Notes under the pieces: model-generated
Seen by the model: only the letters and a program-made list of their open reading frames with translations
The model's database searches: none
Told to the model about the DNA's origin: nothing
Assembly: GCA_965223205.1 (NCBI GenBank)
Contig: OZ244990.1
Coordinates: 2,761,632-2,825,631, forward strand
Source: Candidatus Eiseniibacteriota bacterium
GTDB lineage: Bacteria > Eisenbacteria > RBG-16-71-46 > CAVPCR01 > CBDCWB01
DNA length: 64,000 nt
Reading direction: 5' to 3'
Translations under genes and position numbers: made by a program
Shown: one piece after another, positions 55,159 to 64,000 of the stretch
How positions within the stretch are numbered: the first letter of the stretch is position 1
Layout of the letters: each line of letters opens with the position of its first letter

Positions 55159-56903
55159 GCGCCCGCCGACTGCCATTGTGGATGGCGATCGTGGCAGTCG
55201 CCCTCGCCGGCTCGGCCGCGGCCGAGTGGGACGTCGACGGTATCGAGGAGCTCTTGCCACACGCCGAGACCGCCGCCGAGCGCCAGCGCTGGGAGGGGCG
55301 CGAGCATTGGATGCCCCAGCGCGGCACCGATGCCGATCCGCCGCCCGTGCCGCCGGTCCGCAACTGTGCCGAGTGGGAAGCGGCGACCGGCGTTTTGATT
55401 CGCTACCCGTTGGGGCTACCGTACGCGCTGCTGCGCGACCTGGACGACAACGTTACTCTGCACGTCCTGGTCTCGGCTGGCCTCCACGCCAGCGCGCAAA
55501 CCAACTTGGCGGCCCAGGGCGTCGACATGGGGCGCGTCGAGTTTTTGATCGAGCCCAACGATTCGATCTGGACGCGCGACTACGGGCCGTGGTTTGTGTT
55601 CGATGGCAACGACGACCTGACGGTCATCGACCACGTGTACAACCGCCCCTTCCGCCCCAACGACAACCTGATTCCCCTGAAGCTGGCGGCGCAGCTGGGC
55701 CTGCCGGCGGTCAGCCACGACATGTGGCACACCGGCGGCAACTACATGACCGATGGCGCCCACGTCTCCTCGTCCACCGAGTTGGTCTACCACGAAGCGG
55801 CGGCGGAAAACGGCATGTCCGAGGCTGAAGTCGATCAGCTGATGAGCGATTACTACGGCATCAGCGACTACGAGGTGTTGGGCTACATCGAGAGCGGTGG
55901 CATCCATCACATCGACACCTGGGCCAAGTTTCTGGATGAAGAGACGGTGCTGGTCAAGGAGGTGTGGTCCACCCACCACACGTACAACACCTTGGAAGCG
56001 CGCGCGACGCTCTTGGCGTCACTCATCGCTTCGACTGGACGGCCGTACCAGGTGCACCGGGTCTACTGCCACAACATCGGCGGCGGTCCGGCTTCCTACA
56101 CCAACAGCCTCATCTTGAATGACGTGGTGTACGTCCCGACCTTTTCGAATGCCACGCACGATGCCAATGCCCTGGCGGTCTACGCACAGGCGCTGCCCGG
56201 CTACGACGTGCGCGGTTACAACCACAGCGGGTGGTTGACCGACGATGCCCTCCACTGTCGCACCAAAGCGGTCATGGACGCGGGCATGCTCCGGGTCGCC
56301 CACGTACCGGTGCTCGATCCGCAGGCGGGGCCGGTGGAAATCACCGCGGAGGTGCGCGACTACTCAGGAGCGGGGGTCAGCGTCGTGACGCTGCACACGC
56401 GCTCGGACGGCGGCGTCTGGCAGGCGCTGCCGATGGCGTGGACCGGGGGCGACACCTATCGAGCCACCATCCCGGCCCCGGCGGTTTCGGCGACGACCGA
56501 CTATTACATCCACGCCGAGTCCGCGAGTGGACGCGAGGCGGGAATGCCGCGGGTCGAGCCCGCTCATTGGTACAGCTTTGCCCACGATCCGGGGACGACT
56601 GCTCTGGCGAACCCGGCGACAGTGGCCGAGAGGGCGCCGGCCACCGCTACTCCCAACCCGCTCCGCACCTCGACGACGTTTCGCTTCGAGCTCAGAGATG
56701 CAGACCACGTGGCCTTGGCGGTCTACGACGCCTCAGGCCGGTTGGTGCGCCGCTTGGTGGATGGCAGGCGAAGCGGCGGTGCGCACGCGGTCGACTGGGA
56801 TGCCCGCGATCAATCGGGGGCTCGGGTCGGCGCGGGCGTTTACTACTTCCGGCTGCGGGCGGTGGGGCTGGAGTACACGCGTCCGGTGACGGTGCTGCCG
56901 TAG
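55155..56903 (+). CDS. Secreted agmatine/peptidylarginine deiminase-family protein with Ig and FlgD-Ig domains
   Basis: AEWE, WTRDYGP, GGNYM, HIDTWAKF, YTNSLILN, catalytic LHCRT. Confidence 0.88.
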   Translation: MSARRLPLWMAIVAVALAGSAAAEWDVDGIEELLPHAETAAERQRWEGREHWMPQRGTDADPPPVPPVRNCAEWEAATGVLIRYPLGLPYALLRDLDDNVTLHVLVSAGLHASAQTNLAAQGVDMGRVEFLIEPNDSIWTRDYGPWFVFDGNDDLTVIDHVYNRPFRPNDNLIPLKLAAQLGLPAVSHDMWHTGGNYMTDGAHVSSSTELVYHEAAAENGMSEAEVDQLMSDYYGISDYEVLGYIESGGIHHIDTWAKFLDEETVLVKEVWSTHHTYNTLEARATLLASLIASTGRPYQVHRVYCHNIGGGPASYTNSLILNDVVYVPTFSNATHDANALAVYAQALPGYDVRGYNHSGWLTDDALHCRTKAVMDAGMLRVAHVPVLDPQAGPVEITAEVRDYSGAGVSVVTLHTRSDGGVWQALPMAWTGGDTYRATIPAPAVSATTDYYIHAESASGREAGMPRVEPAHWYSFAHDPGTTALANPATVAERAPATATPNPLRTSTTFRFELRDADHVALAVYDASGRLVRRLVDGRRSGGAHAVDWDARDQSGARVGAGVYYFRLRAVGLEYTRPVTVLP

Positions 56904-56926
56904 GTGGGACGCCTGCGGCCTGACTC

Positions 56927-57583
56927 CTAGAACAGTGCCTTCACCTGGCCCCAGGTGGCCGCCTCGACCGGCGTGGGGAGGGCTAGCGCCTCGATGTTGT
57001 CCACGCCCATGACGCCAGCAACTGGATCGCCTTGCCAGGTGGGGGCCGACTCGGCTGATATGATCCTGAGTTCAGCGACCGACGCCAGTGTTTCGGTCAG
57101 ACTGGCGGTACCCGCCACCTGGGTCATCGTTGCATCGTTTAGTTGAAAGCCGGCGACGTGCCATTGACCATCCGCCGGCAGCACGAAGGCTTCGGAAGAT
57201 ACAAAGCGGGAAGCTAGGGCAAGGTTTTGGACGCCCACCCGGATGTGGAGCGGCGTCCCGCCGGCGTTGGCGAGGTCCATGCGTATCTCCAAGACCCCGA
57301 CGGCTGCGTAGTTGCCCGACCACTGATCGGTGTTGAACATCGCCATCCGTCCGCCCGGCCCCGGGTTGCCCGACGACAAGTTGCTTAGATAGCGGTCGCC
57401 AGCGCCGCCCGGGCCACCGCTCGAGATATTGGTGGGCGGGTTTGGACTGGGCTCGCCCTCACGCCAGTTCTCCGTCGTGCCGTCTTGGAAGTCGTCCACC
57501 TCGTTGGGGTCGATGGCGTTGGCATCGGTGGCGGCGAAAAGTAGAAGGGCGAAAACGGCCAGGAGTCGGGTGCGGTTCATCAT
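56927..57583 (-). CDS. Secreted hypothetical protein ending in PVEAATWGQVKALF
   Basis: Signal peptide MMNRTRLLAVFALLLFAATDANA; beta-sandwich-like body; C-terminal TWGQVK motif; GGAG RBS. Confidence 0.8.
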   Translation of the reverse strand: MMNRTRLLAVFALLLFAATDANAIDPNEVDDFQDGTTENWREGEPSPNPPTNISSGGPGGAGDRYLSNLSSGNPGPGGRMAMFNTDQWSGNYAAVGVLEIRMDLANAGGTPLHIRVGVQNLALASRFVSSEAFVLPADGQWHVAGFQLNDATMTQVAGTASLTETLASVAELRIISAESAPTWQGDPVAGVMGVDNIEALALPTPVEAATWGQVKALF

Positions 57584-57696
57584 GGCTTCTCCAGTCGATG
57601 GCGTCCGGCCAAAGTCGCGCTGCATGAGGGCTGGCGATTGGCGCAGCCAGGCGGCTAGTGTGCCGGCCGCGCAGGCTACGAGTTTACCACGGCGCG

Positions 57697-58806
57697 CTAG
57701 AGGTCGTGCCCCGGACGTTCGACCAGTTTCCAGGCGAGTCCGCGGGCCAGGTTGAGCATCAACCGGCGCGCCAGGTCGGGGTTGTCACGGGCGAGACCGG
57801 TGAGGGACTTCTCGGAGAGGGCGAGAACTTCGGTGTCGCCGACAGCGACGACATCGCAGCTGCGCGCCGTGCCCAGGAGGAATGCTACCTCGCCGACCGC
57901 ATCGCCGGTCACCGCGCGCCCGAGGATCTGGGAACCCGCCCGCATTTCCAAAAGGCCCTCCAGCACCACGTAGACGGTCCGGGTGGTGTTGCCTTGCCGA
58001 ATGACGACATCGCCCGTTTGACAGCGGAGAACTTGTCCACCGGCTGCAACCTCCTGGATTTCTGCGGCGCTGAACCCACGCATCAGGCTGGCACCCTCGG
58101 CGCGGTCGGTGTGCAAGTGGGCATACACCTCGCTCCAAAGCGCGTCGGAGTGCGTGTCGGGAGCCTGCCAGGTGATCGGTTGAGGTTCGACGAGCGAGCG
58201 CACGGCGCGACAGATCGCCTCGTCGTGGGGATGGGTTGGGAGTGGTCGGCCAAGCCGCTCTTGGTAGTGGGCGTCGGCAAGGTTGAGGCACATGGGCACC
58301 AAGAGCCCGGCTCCGGGGTCCGACGTCGGGGCTTGGTAGGGGAGGTAGCCAATGCGGCCGTAGAGGTTGACCAGGTGCGGTTGGCAGCTGAGGAAGTTCA
58401 AGACCACGCTGCGTTCCACAAGGTAGTGGGCCGCAGCGCGCAGGAGTTCGAGGCTGACCGGTGAGCCGCGGTGCTCCTGGTGCACTGCAAAGCGCGTCAA
58501 AAGACTCAGCTGCTCCGGGCCGACTGCTTCGGCAAAGGGCTCCATGCCCAAGGTGTCGTAGAAGCGGGGCGGGATGGCGGGCTGGTTGCCCAGATGCAGG
58601 CGCAAGGTGCCGGTAACCTCACCGCCGGTGCGGGCGACCAGAAGGTGCGCCGAGGCGTCGTCCTCGTCGTGGAGAAGTCGTTCCTGGTGGTTCGCCCGGG
58701 CTTGTGCCATGCCCATGTCTTCGACGTAGACCGCATACCGCAGGCGGTAAGCTGCTTGTCGCTCGGCGTCCGAGCTTACTGGCGCAACTTCGGCGACGCC
58801 GGTCAT
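57697..58806 (-). CDS. FeeM/LuxI-like GNAT acyltransferase fused to a cyclic-nucleotide-binding domain
   Basis: AAYRLRYAVYVE, D..D, VTGTLRL, TRFAV...HRG, VNLYGRIGY; C-terminal GDVVIRQG...YVVLEG...GEVAFL...RSCDV. Confidence 0.8.
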   Translation of the reverse strand: MTGVAEVAPVSSDAERQAAYRLRYAVYVEDMGMAQARANHQERLLHDEDDASAHLLVARTGGEVTGTLRLHLGNQPAIPPRFYDTLGMEPFAEAVGPEQLSLLTRFAVHQEHRGSPVSLELLRAAAHYLVERSVVLNFLSCQPHLVNLYGRIGYLPYQAPTSDPGAGLLVPMCLNLADAHYQERLGRPLPTHPHDEAICRAVRSLVEPQPITWQAPDTHSDALWSEVYAHLHTDRAEGASLMRGFSAAEIQEVAAGGQVLRCQTGDVVIRQGNTTRTVYVVLEGLLEMRAGSQILGRAVTGDAVGEVAFLLGTARSCDVVAVGDTEVLALSEKSLTGLARDNPDLARRLMLNLARGLAWKLVERPGHDL

Positions 58807-58812
58807 GGGGTG

Positions 58813-59376
58813 CTAGAACACGGCGAATTGTAAGCCGACGAGGAGGTTGGTGAAGTCGGCTTTCAAGTCGGTGCTGAGATCGCGCAGCTCGTCCAACTCG
58901 GCGGCGAGGAAGATGTAGCGCACCTCACCAGTCACTGCGACGCGCTCGTTCAGCGGGATGTGGGCACCCGCCCCCAGGTGGTAGCCGGTGTCCCATGAGG
59001 CGGTGTCGAAGCTGCCGACCGTGCCGGCGATCCCGTCCAAGGATGGTTGGACCCGGTACCAACCGATGCCGCCGGTAGCGTGCATGAACGGCAGGAGCGA
59101 TACCAAGGCGCTCAGTTGCACCGGGACCGTTTCGATCGAACCGGCTTCGATGTCTTCCCGCCGCAGGTCGACGGCGATCTCGGCGGTCAGGGGGTTCAGG
59201 ACGTGGAAGCGCGCGGCGGCGCCGAAGGTCGCGGCGTCCACGTCACTATCGGTGGTGCGCGACCAACCGGCGCGCGGGCCGAGTGACCACCCCAATAGGC
59301 CTGCCCCGGCCGCGCGTGGGGCTGCAGTGAGAGCGATCCACACGGCTAGGATGGTCGGCAAGGTTGGGAATCTCAT
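58813..59376 (-). CDS. Small outer-membrane beta-barrel (OmpA-membrane/porin-like) protein
   Basis: Signal peptide; GYHLGAG, GEVRY; terminal LQFAVF. Confidence 0.8.
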   Translation of the reverse strand: MRFPTLPTILAVWIALTAAPRAAGAGLLGWSLGPRAGWSRTTDSDVDAATFGAAARFHVLNPLTAEIAVDLRREDIEAGSIETVPVQLSALVSLLPFMHATGGIGWYRVQPSLDGIAGTVGSFDTASWDTGYHLGAGAHIPLNERVAVTGEVRYIFLAAELDELRDLSTDLKADFTNLLVGLQFAVF

Positions 59377-59523
59377 ATTGGCATCCTGTGAGCGCGGGGC
59401 CTTGGCTCTTAGGGCGAGATGGGAGCGTAGCAAATCTGTGGCGGCGCTTCGCACGGCCTGGTCGAGGGCGCCCAAGCGTGCGTCACGGCCGTGCAAGGTG
59501 GGCGGCGGTCAGGGCGTGCCCAG

Positions 59524-62500
59524 CTACCGGAGAATCGTCAGCCGCTGGATGGTCTGGACGCCGGGTGCATCGAAGCGCACGAAGTACACCCCGGAAGACA
59601 GCGGTCGCCCGCCCCGTCGCGTGTGGAGTGCGGCAGTGTAGTGGCCGGCCTCAAGCGCGGCATCGACCAGGGTCCGCACCTGGCGACCCTGGACGTCGTA
59701 GATCCGCAGCTTGACGTGGCCTGTGGTTGCCAATTGGTAGCGGACTTCCGCTTGGTGCTGGGTGGGGTTGGGCAGGACGCCGACCAGTCGGGTGACCTCG
59801 GGCACGCCGGCGTGGGCTGGGTGGCCGGTGGGCGCGTCGATGATTGTCACCGTGGTCGTGACCGGTGCGGAGTTGGTGGTGCCGTCGTTAACGATCAGGG
59901 TGACGGTGTAGACGCCAGGCGCCGTGTAGGTGTGGATGGGTTGGGAGCCGGTGCCCTGTTGCCCGTCGCCGAAGTCCCACGCGTAGGTGAGTGGTTCACC
60001 CTCGGGGTCGAACGACAGGGTTCCGTCCAAGGTCAACGGGTCGTTGGTGTAGCCGAAGTAGGGTCCGCCCGGGTCGGCTAACGGAGGTAGTTGCTCGGCC
60101 GTCTCGAACGTGATGAGCAGGCACGGTCGGAGGGCGGGGTCTTCAAATTCGCTGGCGATGAAGCGCTTTCTGTTCTGGCTGGTTTCGTTGAGGCCGGCCA
60201 AGAGGACGCCGTCGTTGACAAAGGTGCCTTGCCACCAGGCATTGACCGCGTGGGTTACGTCCAGGGCGTACCAGGTTGCGGCAGCGTCGACCGGAACGGT
60301 GTCCTCTGGGGTGGCCCAGCGGTCGAAGGCTGGGTCGCCACTAGTGGCGCTGTCGTCAGCCATGTCGGCGCCGGGCGCTGCCCACGCATCCGCACCCAAG
60401 CGGGCGGCGATCCAACACGCCGCGCCGTTCTCGGGGGCGGGGGGCAAGGCGGCCGAGCCCTCGACCCACGTCCGGGTCAAGCGATAGGCGGCCAACTCGA
60501 GGGTGTCGGCACCGGTGGCGAAAGCATGGTAGAGACGCATCTCAGCGGCAGTCACTACGGCGTCGGCCGGTAAGAACGCCAGCGGAAAGCGTACGACGCT
60601 GCGATTCACCGCGTTGGGTCCGCGCCCCACTTCCATGACCGCCATCCCACCGGCGTTGTCGTCGGGCCGGTGACTCATCATGTAGTTGTCCTCGGTTCGC
60701 TCATAGCCGTGGAGCCCGTCGCGCAGGGTGAAGGTGTGGGTGCGCACTGGGAGGACGTTGGCCTGGGTCGTGCAAGCGCTGGCGGTGCCGAAGTCGTCGA
60801 CCACGGTCAGGATGACGGTGTAAGTGCCGGTGGCGGCGTAAGTATGTGTGGCCATGGCGCCGGTACCTGACCCGCCGTCGCCAAAGGTCCAGCTGTAGTC
60901 GACGATGGTGCCGTCGGGGTCGCTCGAGCCCGTGCCGTCGACCTCCAGTGGGTGGCCGACGCCAATCGTGTACGGGCCGCCCGAGTCGCAGTTCGGTGGC
61001 GCGTTGATGGTGGCTGTGGTGGTGCAAGTCGTCTCTGCTCCGCAGTTGTCCGTGACCGTCAGGGTGACGGTGTAGGTCCCCGAGGCGGCGTAGGCGTGGG
61101 TTGGGTTGACGCCCGAGCCGTTTTGACCGTCACCGAACGCCCAACCGTAGGTGGTAACGGCGACGTTGTCGGTCGATGCCGAGCCGTCGAACGGGATTGG
61201 CTCGTTGACCAAGCCGCGGTAGGGGCCGCCGGCGTCGCAAATCGGGGGCGTGTTGCCGGTGCCGGTCAGTGGCACGGTCCACGGACTGCTGAGGGCGCCC
61301 TGGGCGGTGACGATCAAGCTGCCTGGTGCCGCAGTCGCCTGGGTGGGGCAGAATCGAACGGCGACCGGTAGCGTGCTGCCGTCCCCGCGCAACTTGGTCG
61401 GGAGCGGTGGTGTCGGCGCTAACGAGTAGCTGGCGCCGGCCACGTGCAGGTCGACCAGTTCGAGTCGACTGCATGGATCACTTGCCCCGTTGGAGATCGA
61501 GACGGTCAAGGTGTCGCAGTCGCCCACCAGAGTGCATTGCCCGAAGTCCAAGGCGCCGGGGCTGACGCTCAAGACCGGCGTCAAACTCGTCGCGCAACGA
61601 ATCGTTGCGGTGGAGACGTCGACCGCCGTCGCGCCGCAGTCGTCGGTGACGGTCAAGGTGATTGTGTAGACGCCATCCACCGTATACGTGTGCTGGGCGG
61701 TGACGCCGCTCGCGGTGCCGCCGTCGCCAAACTCCCAGGCGTAGTTGACGATGGTGCCGTCTGGGTCTTGGGAGGGCTCGCCGACCACCGACACGCTTTG
61801 GCCAACGTCGCCGAGGTAGGGACCCGACGCCTCGGCGATGGGCGGTTGGTTGGCGACGCCGGTGATTGGCAGCACCCGCGGGGATTGCAGCGCTCCAGGG
61901 GCGGTGACCGTCAGGCTGCCGGCCTGGGCGGCCGCTGACGGTGGGCAGAAGCGGATGGTGACCGGTAGGCTCGAGCCGTCACCCGGCAGGGTGAGCGGCA
62001 GTGCCGGCGGGTCGATGAGTTCGAAAGCCGACCCCGCCAAGTCGAGCATGGTGATCTCGAGCTTGCTGCAGCCATCGACCACATCGTTGGTGACATCGAC
62101 CGTCAGCGTGTCGCAGTCGCCGAGGGCAGTACACCGGCCGAAGTCGAGCGTTTCCGGGCTAATCCCGACCACCGGCGTCAGTGCTCCCAGGCAGGTGATG
62201 GTGGCGGTGGTGGCGCAGGTCGATTGGCCGCCGCAGTCGTCGGTCACCGTCAGGGTGATGGTGTAGGTGCCGTCTAGCTGGTAGACGTGGGTCGCGACTG
62301 CGCCTGAACCGGTGTGGCCGTCACCAAACTCCCAGCTGAGCTGGGTGACGGCGCCGTCTGGATCGTAGGACTCGACCCCGACCGCGTGCATCGTTTCCCC
62401 CACATAATCGACGTAGGGGCCACCCGGCGCGCACACTGGCAGCGCGTTGCCGTCGCCCGCCAGCGGCACCGCCCGGCTGGGAATCAGCGCGTTGTCGGAG

Positions 62501-62886
62501 TGGATCGTCATGAGGGCGGTGCGCGCCAGGGTGTCCGGTGGACAGAAGCGCACCCCCAACACAACGCGCGTACCGTCGCCTGGGATCGAGAACGGGAAAT
62601 TGGGGACGGGATCCAGGGCGTAGGCGGGGTCGTCAAAGGAGATCCCGGTGATGCTCAGAAAGCTGAAAGGATCATTCTGGTCGTTGTATAACTCGATAGC
62701 CAGGGTCTGGCAACTGGACTCGGCGACACAGCCGAAGTCGAGGGCGACCGGGTCGACGCCGATGACCGGCGTCGCGGCCTGGGGGCGCGGCAGGCCGTCC
62801 TCGGCCCAGGCGGTGGGGGCGATCGCCGCGAGCGCCAAGACGGCCGCGGCAAGCTGAAGGCGAGAGGCGAGATGGATAGCTGGCAT
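59524..62886 (-). CDS. Large secreted adhesin-like protein: three ASH/choice-of-anchor-D Ig, five PKD, one DNRLRE-like and one FlgD-Ig domain
   Basis: Five GPY...D.DG.....W.FGDG...TH.Y...G.Y...LTVTD repeats; three P..LDFG.C Ig repeats; EDNYM...N.G...RS..RF region. Signal peptide follows ATG 62886. Confidence 0.85.
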   Translation of the reverse strand: MPAIHLASRLQLAAAVLALAAIAPTAWAEDGLPRPQAATPVIGVDPVALDFGCVAESSCQTLAIELYNDQNDPFSFLSITGISFDDPAYALDPVPNFPFSIPGDGTRVVLGVRFCPPDTLARTALMTIHSDNALIPSRAVPLAGDGNALPVCAPGGPYVDYVGETMHAVGVESYDPDGAVTQLSWEFGDGHTGSGAVATHVYQLDGTYTITLTVTDDCGGQSTCATTATITCLGALTPVVGISPETLDFGRCTALGDCDTLTVDVTNDVVDGCSKLEITMLDLAGSAFELIDPPALPLTLPGDGSSLPVTIRFCPPSAAAQAGSLTVTAPGALQSPRVLPITGVANQPPIAEASGPYLGDVGQSVSVVGEPSQDPDGTIVNYAWEFGDGGTASGVTAQHTYTVDGVYTITLTVTDDCGATAVDVSTATIRCATSLTPVLSVSPGALDFGQCTLVGDCDTLTVSISNGASDPCSRLELVDLHVAGASYSLAPTPPLPTKLRGDGSTLPVAVRFCPTQATAAPGSLIVTAQGALSSPWTVPLTGTGNTPPICDAGGPYRGLVNEPIPFDGSASTDNVAVTTYGWAFGDGQNGSGVNPTHAYAASGTYTVTLTVTDNCGAETTCTTTATINAPPNCDSGGPYTIGVGHPLEVDGTGSSDPDGTIVDYSWTFGDGGSGTGAMATHTYAATGTYTVILTVVDDFGTASACTTQANVLPVRTHTFTLRDGLHGYERTEDNYMMSHRPDDNAGGMAVMEVGRGPNAVNRSVVRFPLAFLPADAVVTAAEMRLYHAFATGADTLELAAYRLTRTWVEGSAALPPAPENGAACWIAARLGADAWAAPGADMADDSATSGDPAFDRWATPEDTVPVDAAATWYALDVTHAVNAWWQGTFVNDGVLLAGLNETSQNRKRFIASEFEDPALRPCLLITFETAEQLPPLADPGGPYFGYTNDPLTLDGTLSFDPEGEPLTYAWDFGDGQQGTGSQPIHTYTAPGVYTVTLIVNDGTTNSAPVTTTVTIIDAPTGHPAHAGVPEVTRLVGVLPNPTQHQAEVRYQLATTGHVKLRIYDVQGRQVRTLVDAALEAGHYTAALHTRRGGRPLSSGVYFVRFDAPGVQTIQRLTILR

Positions 62887-63179
62887 CAAGGGCTCGGGCG
62901 CGTTCCAGGTTGGGAGTGGAGGGGACTTGCTGCGCCTGGGAGGGTCGTCGACCCGAAGCGGCAGACACTGCTCTTCTCGCGATTGTCTATATAGTAGCGG
63001 ATCCTCCTGGATCTGTAATTGGTTGGTTTCGCCTGGCCATCGGGTTAAGTTACCCGGCCTGAGGTTGGCACTCTGTGACTCCGGCCGGTCTAGAGCGGTC
63101 ACAGGGTTGACGGCCGCCCGCCTTGTCGGGAGGCGCTCCCATTGGGGAGTTCGAGAGACTTGGAAAGGATTACATTGCA

Positions 63180-63680
63180 ATGAAATACGTGGTTTTTATG
63201 GCCTGCGTTCTAGTCAGCGCCGGATTGCTGGGCTGCTCGCAGGAGCAGGCGGAGCGCGCTGCCCATGATACGAAGGACGCCACCACCGACGCCGCCAAGG
63301 AGGTTGGGGATGCCGTCGAGGGCGCCGCTAAGGGCGTTGCGGGTGCCGCCGGCGATGTGGCTGAGGGTGTCGGCCAGGCCTGGGACTCCCTGAAGGGAGA
63401 CGTCTCGAAGGACCTCCAGGCTATGGAAGAGAAGGTTTCGGCGCTCAAGGCGTCGGCATCAAAGCTGGGGAACGCCGAGGCTGACAAGCTGGTGGCTGAA
63501 CTCGACGACAAGCTCAAGGCCTGCAAAGACAAGGTGGCCTCGTTCAAGCCCGACCAGGGCGATATGGACAAGTTCAAGGCCGAGTTGGACGAAGACATGC
63601 GCGGCATCACCTCGGCCTACGAGTCTTTGGAGGGGAAGGTGAAAGACTTGGGCGGCGCCCTGCAGAGTATCGGGCACTAG
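63180..63680 (+). CDS. Lipoprotein with amphipathic A/D/E/K-rich helical repeats (apolipoprotein/LEA-like)
   Basis: MKYVVFMACVLVSAGLLGC lipobox, then periodic AAKEVGDAVEGAAKGV-type helices. Confidence 0.8.
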   Translation: MKYVVFMACVLVSAGLLGCSQEQAERAAHDTKDATTDAAKEVGDAVEGAAKGVAGAAGDVAEGVGQAWDSLKGDVSKDLQAMEEKVSALKASASKLGNAEADKLVAELDDKLKACKDKVASFKPDQGDMDKFKAELDEDMRGITSAYESLEGKVKDLGGALQSIGH

Positions 63681-63759
63681 GCCTGTTGGCGCGCCGGCCT
63701 AGGTTGCCGCCGGCGCGCTGAACCACAACGCCGTTGGGTTTTGACCGGGGTCTGGGCTT

Positions 63760-63836
63760 TCCAGGCCCCGGTTTTGCGGGTCCAGGCCCGGGTTTTGCGG
63801 GTCCAGTTTTGCGTGTCCAGGCCCGGGTTTTGCGTG
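63760..63836. repeat. Minisatellite built from 7-bp blocks (21/21/14/21-nt units)
   Basis: TCCAGGCCCCGGTTTTGCGGG, TCCAGGCCCGGGTTTTGCGGG, TCCAGTTTTGCGTG, TCCAGGCCCGGGTTTTGCGTG. Confidence 0.85.
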
Positions 63837-64000
63837 TCGACAGCGTGTGCTAACCTTGGGTCCCCCCGGGCGTCGATCTCCTCACCGAACCGGGACGCTA
63901 AGCGGCATGAGCCTCCATCCATTCCACCCCGCCGTCCGCCGCTGGTTCGAGAAGCACTTGGGTGAGCCGACCCCGCCGCAGGTCGACGGCTGGCCGGCCA

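Noticed and set aside
62887-63180. 98-aa N-terminal extension of the PKD adhesin ORF (and similar extensions on moeA, MMPL, lexA, fabH and GSDH)
   Set aside because: Extensions precede the signal peptide or conserved start, or overlap neighbouring genes; downstream starts have better RBS or coupling.
63760-63836. CRISPR array at the right edge
   Set aside because: Tandem repeats with no unique spacers.

Overview
A GC-rich bacterial chromosomal segment. DnaK carries the diderm-type N-terminal insert, and many secreted proteins end in FlgD-Ig/T9SS-like tails, with one ending in a TWGxVK motif. This suggests (inference only) an FCB-superphylum candidate phylum of the Krumholzibacteriota/Eisenbacteria/Latescibacterota type. 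Contents in order: tRNA-Leu(TAA) and thrS; a translationally coupled but reduced complex I operon nuoA-E-H-J-K-L-M-N (no B, C, D, F, G, I) behind a Rex-like operator; convergent moaC-mogA-moeA; a sigma54 activator lacking a regulatory domain, followed by enhancer-like palindromes and a canonical -24/-12 promoter in front of dnaK-degP; a ~510-nt promoter-to-terminator, hairpin-dense non-coding unit followed by a metal-ligand-less HisB-fold protein with an Arg/acidic disordered tail; a peptidoglycan-recycling cluster (murQ, sugar ABC transporter, anmK, SpoIID, nagZ); tRNA-Asp with an accessory block (123-bp palindrome, and an M6-like protease whose RBS/ATG is put out of frame by a 7-bp tandem repeat); hisN and csp; an MMPL/LolA-like/porin module split by an AAA-DUF4143 gene; ABC-F and NUDIX genes; a degenerate DnaE-like gene directly upstream of lexA; tRNA-Glu with a second AAA-DUF4143 gene and a KAS III; and a run of secreted FlgD-tailed enzymes and an adhesin. 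Top leads: the putative large ncRNA plus pseudo-HisB (possible RNP), the pseudo-DnaE/lexA pair, the reduced nuo operon, the sigma54-driven dnaK-degP unit and the putative phase-variable protease. All calls are by-eye motif recognition. No searches or folding programs were run, and GC differences were judged by eye.
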